A stretch of DNA of 64,000 nucleotides. Source: an uncultured Gammaproteobacteria bacterium. Lineage in GTDB: Bacteria; Patescibacteriota; Patescibacteriia; Magasanikbacterales; UBA922. The notes beneath the pieces were generated by a model. That model saw only the letters and a program-made list of their open reading frames with translations. It was not told the DNA's origin and made no database searches. Positions within the stretch are counted from its first letter, which is position 1; every line of letters starts with the position of its first letter. Location of the stretch: assembly GCA_964522435.1 (NCBI GenBank), contig CAZFUL010000001.1, positions 11,612 through 75,611 on the forward strand, read 5' to 3'. A program made the position numbers and the translations under genes. Shown here piece by piece: positions 47,141 through 57,298 of the stretch.

Positions 47141-48187
47141 TTACCACCATCGCTTATCGTAATCTACGTTCCAATATTCAGATTTTATAACCTCTTGAAT
47201 ATAGTCAAGGGTTGATTGTGTCGCGCCTATATTACTGAGCGCATCGTGTTGCATATCAAGACATTCAGCTTCTGCATTTTTTCCTGAATATACTTCTGCG
47301 GGAACAGCTGTTGTCCCTTGGGTCAAGACATAATCATTATATTGTTTTGAGTGCCAGGCATCATGAACTATTGTTCCTGCATACCAAATCGTCCCGGCAT
47401 TCCTTGTTGCGTTTCCTACTTGAAATCGCGGTGGCTTTTCCCATGCATGCATACCGGATTGCGTGTCAGTACATTCTATAACACCAATGTAGGTGATAAC
47501 GATATCATAATGCGTTTTTGATTTGTTTCTTAACAGACTAAGTGCCTCATTTGTTTGTGTCACACAGTTATCTGTGCCAATTATTTGTATCGGGTGGGGT
47601 GCCTCAACCAAAACCTCTGGAAGCGGTTCATTCTTTGTTAGCGTACAAGTTTGAGATTCTTTGGGTTTTTGTTGATCTGTCCCACAGCGATGAATATCAA
47701 TACAAGTTCTTATTTGGTTTCCTTCCTCACTACATTCAGACCACACACCACATTCCCAATTGGGAGTGCATACGATTTGTTTCTCTTGGGGAGGTTGTGG
47801 GATTTTTGATGGTTGTGGTGCTGGTACATCTTTTTTTGGTTCTGGTTGGACTACTATTGGCACGGGTATTTTGTCTTGTTTTGCTTCTTTCACTATGACT
47901 ATTGGTGTTTTGGTTACTGTTGACGTTACCACTTTCGATGTGTGCTTTTCTTGTCCTTGTGATTCTTCCACAGGAATGAAAAGTTCTTCTTTTGGTGCTG
48001 ATTCTTCCTCTACTACTGGTACTACGGCTTGCTCTGTTTCAGAAACAAGAAGGGGAGCTTGCTCTTGTTTATTATTGAATACAATAATTGTTGCAATCAG
48101 CAACAAGAGCAATAGGGAACCGTATGCTAGGTTGATAGAAAATTTTGACATATGCAGAATATAAACAAGACCCTCATAATAATACAA
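47141..48187 (-). CDS. exported protein with Pro/Glu-rich linker and a Cys/Trp-rich thrombospondin-type-1-like module
   Basis: N-terminal anchor. 'CTPNWECGVWSECSEEGNQIRTCIDIHRCG' resembles the WSxWSxCS...G.Q.R.C pattern. The C-terminal domain is unassigned. Confidence 0.4.
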   Translation of the reverse strand: MYYYEGLVYILHMSKFSINLAYGSLLLLLLIATIIVFNNKQEQAPLLVSETEQAVVPVVEEESAPKEELFIPVEESQGQEKHTSKVVTSTVTKTPIVIVKEAKQDKIPVPIVVQPEPKKDVPAPQPSKIPQPPQEKQIVCTPNWECGVWSECSEEGNQIRTCIDIHRCGTDQQKPKESQTCTLTKNEPLPEVLVEAPHPIQIIGTDNCVTQTNEALSLLRNKSKTHYDIVITYIGVIECTDTQSGMHAWEKPPRFQVGNATRNAGTIWYAGTIVHDAWHSKQYNDYVLTQGTTAVPAEVYSGKNAEAECLDMQHDALSNIGATQSTLDYIQEVIKSEYWNVDYDKRWW

Positions 48188-48222
48188 TTATGAGGGTCTT
48201 GCAATATGAGAGACGATATTCT

Positions 48223-48708
48223 TTATTTTTGCGTTAAGGTAAAGGTCACCGCAGGCATGCGATCAAACGGTCGGTCTTCTTCGGGGAAGCCAAAGAATTT
48301 TTCTCTTCCTTGATCAACATGTAGAAGTGCGGATACGGTATCACCATAGGTACTATTTGGAAGAGATATCGCTATATTAAAGGCTTCATCTTTTTCCAAT
48401 AAGACATAATTGAGTGGTCGAGTCGGTCTTCCAAGGTCATCATGTTCGTATATAACGATCCACGCAGGATATTTTGAGGTACTTGCTTGTTCAATAAAAA
48501 CCGTATTGCCATCAAAGTTTTTTTCTCCAATAAAGATCGCACCATTCTCTGTGGGTGGTGTTTCATTTCCTTCAGCAAAAATAATAGGTGCACCATCGGT
48601 AGAACCGTCTATTTGTGGTGAGAGCGTCGTATCAATTTTTTTGCCACAACCTGCACCGGTTAATACCAAGGTAAGCAGAAGCAGCATGGGGAGGGTATAT
48701 TTTTTCAT
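48223..48708 (-). CDS. putative lipoprotein
   Basis: Signal peptide with lipobox 'LTGAGCG'. Confidence 0.45.
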   Translation of the reverse strand: MKKYTLPMLLLLTLVLTGAGCGKKIDTTLSPQIDGSTDGAPIIFAEGNETPPTENGAIFIGEKNFDGNTVFIEQASTSKYPAWIVIYEHDDLGRPTRPLNYVLLEKDEAFNIAISLPNSTYGDTVSALLHVDQGREKFFGFPEEDRPFDRMPAVTFTLTQK

Positions 48709-48774
48709 AGCTATGCTGTATTTACCCAGAGGATTGCCTGGGGATGAATATATATATACTATAGCACGATATCC

Positions 48775-49596
48775 TTAGGAGCGTCTAATGAGTTGTTTCC
48801 AAAGCAATCGTGGAAGGGTAAGGAGAAAGCAGACAAGTATATAGTGCAGGAGTGATATTGCTATCGCATAGACAAGGACAGCAACCGATATTGATTGATA
48901 TTGATACACATAGGAAAGCAGGGGGGTGTTTGGGGAAAATAATAAGAGGGCTGCTTGGGCAATGATAATGACGATCGTTAGGTACAATAAGCCTTTATAC
49001 ATATGTTTTCTGTCTTGTTTGCTTGGCGCCATGTGAGACACGACACAAAAAGAGAGATATACAAAAAGCCAAAACGTAAAAGGAAGCATGCGAATTTCTG
49101 CCATGCTGTGAGGAATCGCTGCTTGTAGACTAGCGAGTATGGGTGATATATCTGTTATAGACCAGGCAACAATAGCGGCGAGTATGCTCTGTCCGTTTGG
49201 TACAAGAAATCGTAAAAGAAGAACAAGAACAAGGGTGCCACCAATAAGGGGAGCTGCACCAATAAAAAATAAGCCAATTTTTTGGTACAGACTTTTTTTA
49301 TTGTAGCTATGTTCCACATGCCCTAGGCCGCCAGTCTCTTTATTAGGAGAAAATAATGACACTTGTTCTATGTTATGGCGAAACAGTTTTGCCATAATGA
49401 TGTGCATGCACTCATGGATAGGGGTTCCAATCCAGGCAGTAAGGTATATTCCTTTCCATCCAATGCTCTGCACATATTGGCGTTGGGTTGCTTTTTGAAT
49501 GTGATAGAGAATATATCCAAGTATAAAATATATACCAAAAAAAGTGATATATTCATGGATAAGAATAGTGCTGAGTTGAATGAAGAATTCTCTCAT
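48775..49596 (-). CDS. polytopic membrane protein with HExxH motif (putative membrane metalloprotease)
   Basis: 'GTPIHECMHIIMAKL' inside a six-or-more-helix membrane protein. Confidence 0.4.
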   Translation of the reverse strand: MREFFIQLSTILIHEYITFFGIYFILGYILYHIQKATQRQYVQSIGWKGIYLTAWIGTPIHECMHIIMAKLFRHNIEQVSLFSPNKETGGLGHVEHSYNKKSLYQKIGLFFIGAAPLIGGTLVLVLLLRFLVPNGQSILAAIVAWSITDISPILASLQAAIPHSMAEIRMLPFTFWLFVYLSFCVVSHMAPSKQDRKHMYKGLLYLTIVIIIAQAALLLFSPNTPLLSYVYQYQSISVAVLVYAIAISLLHYILVCFLLTLPRLLWKQLIRRS

Positions 49597-49679
49597 ATTC
49601 TTTTATAGTATACACTATCCCTATTGAACAGAGAAAAAAATAAAAATCCCGATTAGATCGGGATTTTTAGAGAAGAAGG

Positions 49680-49964
49680 TTAGGCGTCTTTTTTTAAGAC
49701 ATTTACGAAGGTGGTCATTTTTAAACGACCATCAAATCGTTTGCGTCTTTTATGAGTGAATCGGACGATCCCCGCAATTGCAGCGTAAAGTGTATCGTCT
49801 TTTCCTTTTTTTACATGTTGTCCGGGATAAATTTTTGTACCGCGTTGACGAACCAAGATCATACCGGCGTCAATGGCCTGGCCATCTGCTCGTTTCACAC
49901 CTAAGTATTGTGGATTTGAGTCGCGGACGTTTCTTGTTGAACCTTGCGCTTTTTTGTGTGCCAT
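49680..49964 (-). CDS. rpmA: 50S ribosomal protein L27
   Basis: '[24 protein letters not shown]' plus a C-terminal extension. Confidence 0.85.
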   Translation of the reverse strand: MAHKKAQGSTRNVRDSNPQYLGVKRADGQAIDAGMILVRQRGTKIYPGQHVKKGKDDTLYAAIAGIVRFTHKRRKRFDGRLKMTTFVNVLKKDA

Positions 49965-50109
49965 AGGTCAAACGCCTTATTAATCATTAAACTAGTCAAG
50001 CGGAGCATTTTTGGTAAAAAAAAGCCACATATAACCAGTGGTCATCAGTATAGACAATATCCCTTTTCTTGTCAAGAGCCTCTTTATTCGGGTATACTGT
50101 GCATAGTAT

Positions 50110-50460
50110 ATGTATCCTATAAAATTATTTATCAAAAAACTCCCCATGTCCTCGTTGCTTGGCGCAACCCTTATTCTTCATGTTGCCGTGTGGGTTTGGT
50201 TGGCGTGGTATATTCGTCCGCAATCGGGACAGATTTTTTTGCATTATAATGTATTATTTGGCGTTGATTTAACAGGGGATTGGTATGAGGTCTTTTTACT
50301 GCCCTTGGTTGGCTTAGTTATTATCGTACTCAATACTTTTTTAGCCTTACTCCTCTATAACAAAGATCGTTTTGCCAGCCTCGTATTATTAACCACGACG
50401 CTCATTGTTCATTGTATCCTGCTCATCGTGGCATCACTTTTAGTATTTTTAAACATATGA
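50110..50460 (+). CDS. hypothetical small membrane protein
   Basis: Three hydrophobic helices. Its stop overlaps the ftsW start (ATGATG). Confidence 0.3.
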   Translation: MYPIKLFIKKLPMSSLLGATLILHVAVWVWLAWYIRPQSGQIFLHYNVLFGVDLTGDWYEVFLLPLVGLVIIVLNTFLALLLYNKDRFASLVLLTTTLIVHCILLIVASLLVFLNI

Positions 50461-51569
50461 TGCGTCGCAGCGTTGCTACGCGTTCTGTTGATGTTGTTTT
50501 GTTGGTGTATATTGGCATACTGCTATTATTTGGTTTGATTATGCTTACCTCAGCAAGTAGTGTGATTGCTTATGATAAATTTGGGGATGCCTATTTTTTT
50601 GTCAAAAGACAATTATTATTTGGTGTCGTACCGGGGCTTATTGGCTTTTTATTTTTTGCAAAAATGCCCTATGAGTGGTTAAAAAAATTTGGCAGTATCT
50701 TATTTTATAGCTCACTTGCCTTGTTAATTTTGGTACTTATTCCTGGGATTGGCGCAACCTTTAATACAGGCGCGCGCAGCTGGATTGCTTTGGGTGCATT
50801 TTCTTTTCAACCAGCAGAATTAGCTAAGCTTGGACTGATTTGTTATTTGGCATATTACATGAGTGTCATTGGGCATAAAATTCAAGACCTCAAACAAGGC
50901 TTTATTCCGGTACTCATTGTTGGCATGTTGCCTATAGGCCTTACCATGCTACAACCAGATATTGGGACAGCATCCATTTTATTTGCAACACTGTTTAGTC
51001 TCTTATTTATTGGACATGCAAAAGCAAGTCATTTAAGTTTACTTGCTGCTTTGGCGGTGTTTGCCTTTATTATTCTTATTGCCGTTGCTCCATATCGTGC
51101 GGCACGACTTACCACATTTTTACATCCAGAACTTGATCCGCAGGGGATAGGGTATCATATTAATCAATCCTATTTGGCTATTGGTTCTGGAGGCTGGTTG
51201 GGCTATGGTCTTGGGCATTCGCGACAAAAATTTCAATATTTGCCCGAGGTACATGCGGATAGTATTTTTGCTGTTATTGCCGAAGAATTAGGGTTTATTG
51301 TCACCAGTGGATTTTTATGTTTATTGGTATTATTTGCCTGGCGCTGTGTATCTATTGCAAAACGCTGCCGCGATGAATATGGAAGATTACTCGTCATGGG
51401 GATTATTTCTTGGTTTATGATTCAATCTTTTTTTAATATTGCTGCCATGGTGGGGCTTATGCCAATTACTGGGGTACCACTCCCATTTGTGAGTCATGGT
51501 GGAACATCGTTGGCAATTGCGTTGTCTGCTGTGGGCATTATTGCTAATGTGTCTAAACAATCATCATAA
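50457..51569 (+). CDS. ftsW: SEDS-family peptidoglycan glycosyltransferase FtsW/RodA
   Basis: 'LQPDIGTAS', 'GHSRQKFQYLPE', 'HADSIFAVIAEELG'. Start moved to 50457. Confidence 0.85.
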   Translation: MMRRSVATRSVDVVLLVYIGILLLFGLIMLTSASSVIAYDKFGDAYFFVKRQLLFGVVPGLIGFLFFAKMPYEWLKKFGSILFYSSLALLILVLIPGIGATFNTGARSWIALGAFSFQPAELAKLGLICYLAYYMSVIGHKIQDLKQGFIPVLIVGMLPIGLTMLQPDIGTASILFATLFSLLFIGHAKASHLSLLAALAVFAFIILIAVAPYRAARLTTFLHPELDPQGIGYHINQSYLAIGSGGWLGYGLGHSRQKFQYLPEVHADSIFAVIAEELGFIVTSGFLCLLVLFAWRCVSIAKRCRDEYGRLLVMGIISWFMIQSFFNIAAMVGLMPITGVPLPFVSHGGTSLAIALSAVGIIANVSKQSS

Positions 51570-51570
51570 T

Positions 51571-52650
51571 ATGAAAATATTTTTTTCTGGAGGGGGTACC
51601 CTTGGCCCTGTTACACCATTACTTGCTATTTATGAAAGTATTCGTCTTCATGATGCGACTGCCACTGCGTTATGGATAGGGACAACAAATGGGCCTGAAA
51701 AAGAATTAGTAGAAAAAGCCGGTATTCGATTTCGCACTATTTCTGGAGGAAAATTTCGTCGCTATATGTCGTTATGGAATATCGTCGATATCGTGCGTAT
51801 TAGTATGGGATTCTTTCAATCACTGTGGTTGTTATGGAAGGAAGATCCGGATATCTGTATCTCGGCAGGGGGATTTATTTCTGTTCCCTTACACCTTGCC
51901 GCTTGGGTAGTGGGTGTTCCCACCTGGGTGCATCAACAAGATGTGCGTGTGGGATTGGCCAATAAACTAATGGCGCCCTATGCAACACGTATTACCACGG
52001 CGTTGGAGCAATCTATTATATCTTTTCCCAAAAGAAAAACGCTTTGGCTCGGCAATCCCATACGAAAAGAATTATATGCCGGAGATAAAAAACGTGCCTA
52101 CAGTCTGTTTCCTGTATCCCCGCAGCTTCCGGTTGTGTTTGCGACTGGCGGTGGCACGGGCTCTATGAAAGTCAATCAAATGGTAACCCAGGCAGCGCAG
52201 CATTTAAGGGGAAGTTGTTCGCTTATTCATTTATCAGGAAAAGAACGGCCACAAGAGTTAATTCAACCAGCAGCACGACAATTTTCGGCATATTATTTTC
52301 CGTATCCATTTTTTACGCATGAAATGAAGGATGCCTATGCCATTGCTGACATTGTTATTTCTCGGGCAGGTTTTGGCACCTTGAGTGAAGCCGCTGCTTT
52401 AGAAAAAGTGCTTATTCTTATTCCTAAACCTGGACACCAAGAAGAGAACGCGTCTTTTTTAGAAGCGCATGATGCGGCGATTGTGTTATCAGAGGAGACC
52501 AGTGATGGCAATCATGTGACACAAGAAATTAAATTACTCCTTGCAGATAGTGATAGAAGAAAGACTATTGCAAAAAATTTACACCAGTTATTACCTCCTG
52601 CGACCGATGAACGTATTATGGAAATAGTACAACTTCTTTTGGGTGATTAA
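51571..52650 (+). CDS. murG: UDP-GlcNAc:lipid I N-acetylglucosaminyltransferase MurG
   Basis: 'MKIFFSGGGTLGPVTP', GT28 C-terminus. The ftsW-murG order is conserved. The ATG at 51571 sits 2 nt after the ftsW stop. Confidence 0.85.
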   Translation: MKIFFSGGGTLGPVTPLLAIYESIRLHDATATALWIGTTNGPEKELVEKAGIRFRTISGGKFRRYMSLWNIVDIVRISMGFFQSLWLLWKEDPDICISAGGFISVPLHLAAWVVGVPTWVHQQDVRVGLANKLMAPYATRITTALEQSIISFPKRKTLWLGNPIRKELYAGDKKRAYSLFPVSPQLPVVFATGGGTGSMKVNQMVTQAAQHLRGSCSLIHLSGKERPQELIQPAARQFSAYYFPYPFFTHEMKDAYAIADIVISRAGFGTLSEAAALEKVLILIPKPGHQEENASFLEAHDAAIVLSEETSDGNHVTQEIKLLLADSDRRKTIAKNLHQLLPPATDERIMEIVQLLLGD

Positions 52651-52720
52651 CGCAAAAGTATGTTATACTGAACAACGGAGGTTGTTATTGATATATTTTT
52701 TTCTCTTTTAGCAGTGATTT

Positions 52721-54622
52721 ATGCCCGCACCATACTTGCGTAAAATTGGGACAGCTCCTATTGTAAAAGATGAAATTTGTTTATTTGCGCAAACCAATTT
52801 TCGTAATTCGTTGCGTCGTTTTGGTATTAAAACAGACGATCGACGACGACACATGTATATTATTGGAAAAACCGGGATGGGAAAATCAACCATGATGGAA
52901 AACATGATTTTGCATGATATTTATTCTGGGCACGGTGTCGCCTTGGTCGATCCCCATGGAGATTTTGCAGAAAAAATTATTAATTTTATTCCTCCTAATC
53001 GCGTCAATGACGTGGTCTATTTTAATCCTGCTGACTTAGCTAACCCGATTGGCTTTAATATCTTAGAAGTGATTAATGAAGAACAAAAACATTTGATTGC
53101 TGCTGGGCTTTTGGGGACCTTTAAAAAGATTTGGCCAGACGTATGGTCATCTCGTATGGAATATATTTTAAATAATACCTTGTTAGCATTATTAGAGTAT
53201 CCTGGTTCTACCTTGCTTGGAATTAATCGGCTCATGTCTGACGCAAAATATAGAAAAAAAGTAGTCAAACAAGTAAAAGATCCTGTGGTAAAGGCCTTTT
53301 GGAATGTGGAATTTGCGAGCTATTCTGAACGCTATGCCCAAGAAGCGACATCATCTGTTCAAAATAAGATTGGGCAATTTTTATCAACAACACTTATTCG
53401 TAACATTGTCTCGCAAACAAAGTCTACGGTTGATATTAGAAAGGTCATGGATGAAAAAAAGATTTTGATCATGAATTTGTCAAAAGGACGCATGGGAGAA
53501 GATAATAGTCGGTTGATGGGGGGCATGCTTATTACAAAAATTCAATTAGCAGCTATGGAACGCGTGGATACACCAGAAGCTGAACGAAAAGATTTCTTTT
53601 TATATGTAGACGAGTTTCAAAATTTTGCCACACCATCATTTGCGAACATTTTATCAGAAGCGCGCAAATACCGTTTAAGTTTAATTATGGCGCATCAATA
53701 TGTTGCTCAGTTGGATGAGGTCGTGGCTGATGCCGTGTTTGGAAACGTGGGAACCATTGTTACCTTTCGAGTTGGCGCGGCTGATGCGGAAGTGTTGGCA
53801 AAAGAGTTCGCCCCCTTATTTTTGGAAGAAGATATTGTGAATTTGAGTAAATATTCTGTATTATTAAAATTAATGATAGATGGTGTTGCGTCACAACCGT
53901 TTAGTGCCGTGACCATGCCTCCTATTGGCTCGCCAACCGGATCATCTGAAAAAGTGATTCGTGTATCTCGTGAACGCTATGGTCGGCCTCGTGAAGAAAT
54001 TGAAGAGAAAATTTTGCGCTGGAGTGGTTTGGGAGATGATCCTGATGCTGATTCATTTGACGAAGATGAGGGCGCAGGATTTTCTGCACTGCCAAAAGAG
54101 GCTGTGGTAAAAAAAGAAGAAAGACGACCTGACCAAAAACCACAAATGCCGAGAAGTACTGATAGACCGCGAGGAGATCGTCCAGGACAAAAGAGATCCG
54201 ATGCTCCACAGCGGCAATCTGCAACAGCACGGCAGGGGGATAGGCGAGGGCCGGTATCTTCGCCTAAACCACCCGCAGTCGTAGCCGAGGTTGTACCACC
54301 CCCAATACCAGCCGTGAGTATTTCTTTAGATGTATTACGTGAGGATACAACGGGAGCTTCTGATACAACGGTCAAACAAGATGATAGCTTATCTGTTGGT
54401 ATTGTATCTCGTATGGATGTTGCCAAGCGAAGCCCTCTTGTTGATGGCTTAATCGTCCCAAATACTGCAACGGTTGATACACCTGTGGTTGGAGTCTCAG
54501 AAGGAAATGATCAGACCATAAGTCATCCAGAAAAAAAGAAAAGAAGACGCCGTCGTCGTAAAAGTAATGGGGGAGGGCAGCAAGGCGCTCTGCCTTCTGC
54601 TGCAGCACCTGCTCAGGAATAA
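52721..54622 (+). CDS. TraD/VirD4-like (TrwB_AAD_bind/DUF87-type) P-loop ATPase with Arg/Pro-rich disordered tail
   Basis: Walker A 'IIGKTGMGKST'. 'VDPHGD'. Walker B 'FLYVDEFQNFAT'. C-terminal ~180 aa of low complexity ending 'KKRRRRRRKSNGGGQQG'. Confidence 0.55.
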   Translation: MPAPYLRKIGTAPIVKDEICLFAQTNFRNSLRRFGIKTDDRRRHMYIIGKTGMGKSTMMENMILHDIYSGHGVALVDPHGDFAEKIINFIPPNRVNDVVYFNPADLANPIGFNILEVINEEQKHLIAAGLLGTFKKIWPDVWSSRMEYILNNTLLALLEYPGSTLLGINRLMSDAKYRKKVVKQVKDPVVKAFWNVEFASYSERYAQEATSSVQNKIGQFLSTTLIRNIVSQTKSTVDIRKVMDEKKILIMNLSKGRMGEDNSRLMGGMLITKIQLAAMERVDTPEAERKDFFLYVDEFQNFATPSFANILSEARKYRLSLIMAHQYVAQLDEVVADAVFGNVGTIVTFRVGAADAEVLAKEFAPLFLEEDIVNLSKYSVLLKLMIDGVASQPFSAVTMPPIGSPTGSSEKVIRVSRERYGRPREEIEEKILRWSGLGDDPDADSFDEDEGAGFSALPKEAVVKKEERRPDQKPQMPRSTDRPRGDRPGQKRSDAPQRQSATARQGDRRGPVSSPKPPAVVAEVVPPPIPAVSISLDVLREDTTGASDTTVKQDDSLSVGIVSRMDVAKRSPLVDGLIVPNTATVDTPVVGVSEGNDQTISHPEKKKRRRRRRKSNGGGQQGALPSAAAPAQE

Positions 54623-56913
54623 TGTTATACCCTATGCTTCGTGTATTGTCTCTTAAAGACAGGATCATTGATATACTTCCATATCTTTTTCTTTTGTTGG
54701 CTCCAGCGCTCATACCATTGATGATACTACCGTCACTTGATCAGCCATTATTGTTTTCTAAAGAAATAGTAGTATTTGTCTCTATAAGTGGTGCTGCAGT
54801 TTGTTGGTTGTTACGGGGTATTTTGCATAAACGATTTTTTCTTCGTCGTACTATTATCGACATTCCACTACTGGTCATTTTTTTCTGTAGTCTCGTATCG
54901 CTTATTTTTGCGGCTGATAAATCGATTGCGTTTTTTGGTGCGAGTACGAATTTTGTGTTACATGGGACGCTGCTGATAAGTTTTCTTATCTATGTGTGGT
55001 TGTGTTTACAGGAAATCCGAACCTTGGCTCGGACCAGAGCTATGATTGCTGTGTATTGTTTCTCAAGTGCGCTTGCTGCTGCTCTTTTCCTAATTCGTTC
55101 ATTTGGATGGGGGGGTGAATCTCTTATAGGAATAGGATTATCACCTGGACTTACCAATACCGTAACGCTGTTGAATTCAGGATTTGGTATATATATGCTT
55201 ATGGCTCTCGTGATTAGCCTTGGGATTGTCGCAACACAGCAATCATCACGATTGCTCGTGGTTGCTGCTTTTGCAGCAATTTTTTTGGAAGTTGTTGTGT
55301 TGTTGCGAATAGATTTTTCAGTATTGTGGGTATTGTGTATTATTACTTGTGTTGCGTTGGCAATACTCTCTTGGTATGTTCGATCTTCTTCGCGGATTCT
55401 TGTCCTATCGTTGGTTGTGGGAGTGTCTTTTTTTGGGCTTTTTGCATTCTTTTCTCCTTGGTCTATTCTTCAAAAAGAAACACTACCCGCAGAAGTAAGT
55501 GTGAGTAGTGCTGTTTCTTGGCACATTATTTCAGAAGCTGCGCAAGCCGTGCCTAAATTTTTTTTGATTGGTGCGGGGCCGGGACATTTTGAATCACTCT
55601 TTTTATTATATCGTCCGGATTCATTTAATTTAGATCCACTTGCTTGGTCTATTCGCTTTCAACAACCGTATAATACGCTATTTGATATTATGGTAAGTAT
55701 GGGCTTGTTTGGTATTTCAAGCATGGCTATGCTGTTGTTTATGACACTCGGAAGTATTTTTGCGGCAATCAAAGCGTATCTACGTCATGAACGTCATCCG
55801 TATATGCTTGGATTTAGTGATGAAAAAAAACAAGTGGTGCAGCAAGCATTTTTTTTGGTTATTGCCTGGATCATCCTCACTATTGGTATGGGGATATTGT
55901 ATTATGATATCGCGTTGTGGTTTAGTTGGTGGTTTTTATTAGCACTCATCATTATTGGTCTAGGCGTTATATCACCTGCATTGATAAAAGAAAAAAAACC
56001 AACACGCAGGTTTTCAGAGCAATATGTATTATTGCTTTGGCTCTTGTTTGTTGTTTGTCTGTTGTTTGTCTCTATACGAGGCGTATTTATGTATCGACAC
56101 CTCAATGCTGCATATTGGTATAGCATTGCCACAAACAGTGTCTCTGTTGATAAAAAAGAACAGGCAATAGCGCAAGCACTCACATTTCGTCCTAATTATC
56201 CCGTCTATCAAATTGCATTGGCACAAATTCTTTTAGAAAAAGCGCAACAAGAAGCCAGAAGTACAGCTGCTAATGAACAACTCATTGCTCGTTTACTCGC
56301 AGGGGGGATTGATAGCATGAAGACGCTTACCGCAAAACATCCAACTTCTGTGAATGGTTGGGAAACGCTTGCTTTGTTGTATATGAATTCTCGTACGTTT
56401 GCTCCAAATGCCATAACTTGGGCAATTGACGCGTGGTTAGAAACAATTTCTTTAGATCCGCATAACCCACTATTTTATTGGCAACTCGGTCGTTCGTATG
56501 AAGCTGCAGAACAATACAGCGAAGCAATAAATGCCTACGAACGGGCTATTGAAGAAAAAAAAGATTATGTTCCTGCGTATATGAGTATAGGTCTCGTATT
56601 TGAAACACAAACACAATATCATGCCGCGATTGATACCTATCTTCAATTATTAGAAGAACAACCACGCTATGCCTTGGGATGGTATCAGCTTGGTCGCGTG
56701 TATTTTAATCGTGCTGAACGTGGTGATTACACCCTCGCGCAAGATGCCTGGCAAGAGGCTATTCGTATTGACCCGTTGTATGTTGATGCCCTCTACAGTT
56801 TGGGATTATTAAAAGAACAACAAGGAAAACCACAAGAAGCAAGAAGGTATTATCAAAATATACTGCAAATTGATCAAACAAATAAACAAGCACAGGAGCG
56901 TTTATCTCAATAA
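54622..56913 (+). CDS. O-antigen-ligase-like polytopic membrane protein fused to C-terminal TPR repeats
   Basis: About 12 hydrophobic helices, then TPR-like repeats 'WQLGRSYEAAEQYSEAINAYERAIEE...YMSIGLVFE...GWYQLGRVYF'. Confidence 0.5.
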   Translation: MLYPMLRVLSLKDRIIDILPYLFLLLAPALIPLMILPSLDQPLLFSKEIVVFVSISGAAVCWLLRGILHKRFFLRRTIIDIPLLVIFFCSLVSLIFAADKSIAFFGASTNFVLHGTLLISFLIYVWLCLQEIRTLARTRAMIAVYCFSSALAAALFLIRSFGWGGESLIGIGLSPGLTNTVTLLNSGFGIYMLMALVISLGIVATQQSSRLLVVAAFAAIFLEVVVLLRIDFSVLWVLCIITCVALAILSWYVRSSSRILVLSLVVGVSFFGLFAFFSPWSILQKETLPAEVSVSSAVSWHIISEAAQAVPKFFLIGAGPGHFESLFLLYRPDSFNLDPLAWSIRFQQPYNTLFDIMVSMGLFGISSMAMLLFMTLGSIFAAIKAYLRHERHPYMLGFSDEKKQVVQQAFFLVIAWIILTIGMGILYYDIALWFSWWFLLALIIIGLGVISPALIKEKKPTRRFSEQYVLLLWLLFVVCLLFVSIRGVFMYRHLNAAYWYSIATNSVSVDKKEQAIAQALTFRPNYPVYQIALAQILLEKAQQEARSTAANEQLIARLLAGGIDSMKTLTAKHPTSVNGWETLALLYMNSRTFAPNAITWAIDAWLETISLDPHNPLFYWQLGRSYEAAEQYSEAINAYERAIEEKKDYVPAYMSIGLVFETQTQYHAAIDTYLQLLEEQPRYALGWYQLGRVYFNRAERGDYTLAQDAWQEAIRIDPLYVDALYSLGLLKEQQGKPQEARRYYQNILQIDQTNKQAQERLSQ

Positions 56914-56942
56914 TGTGCTATAGTATTTATACTTTTCATTAA

Positions 56943-57293
56943 TTGATTGTTATGCATCTTTCTCGTGATTATCGTCAACCATTTTGGCATGGATTTTTTC
57001 ATGCCTCTCTCGTTATGATCTATACGTTATTTTTGGCCTTACTCCTTCGACAGCTCGATGTGTTGTTTTCTGGGGGTATTGCTCCGGTGATTCGTCTCGC
57101 CTTTCAATTATTTTTACTTATTTTTTCTGTGGCAGTCTGCGCGGGACTTATTTTTTACGAACCAGTAAAAAAATTACTGCATTTTCATTTTAAAGCAGCA
57201 ACCGTGATGTTGTTATCAACGTTTGGTTGGTTGTTTATCTATTTGATCATTTTTATTTACGGGTTATTATTAACCGCTCCGTCGCTATCTTAG
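56943..57293 (+). CDS. hypothetical membrane protein
   Basis: 116 aa with three hydrophobic helices. Confidence 0.3.
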   Translation: MIVMHLSRDYRQPFWHGFFHASLVMIYTLFLALLLRQLDVLFSGGIAPVIRLAFQLFLLIFSVAVCAGLIFYEPVKKLLHFHFKAATVMLLSTFGWLFIYLIIFIYGLLLTAPSLS

Positions 57294-57298
57294 TGGGG

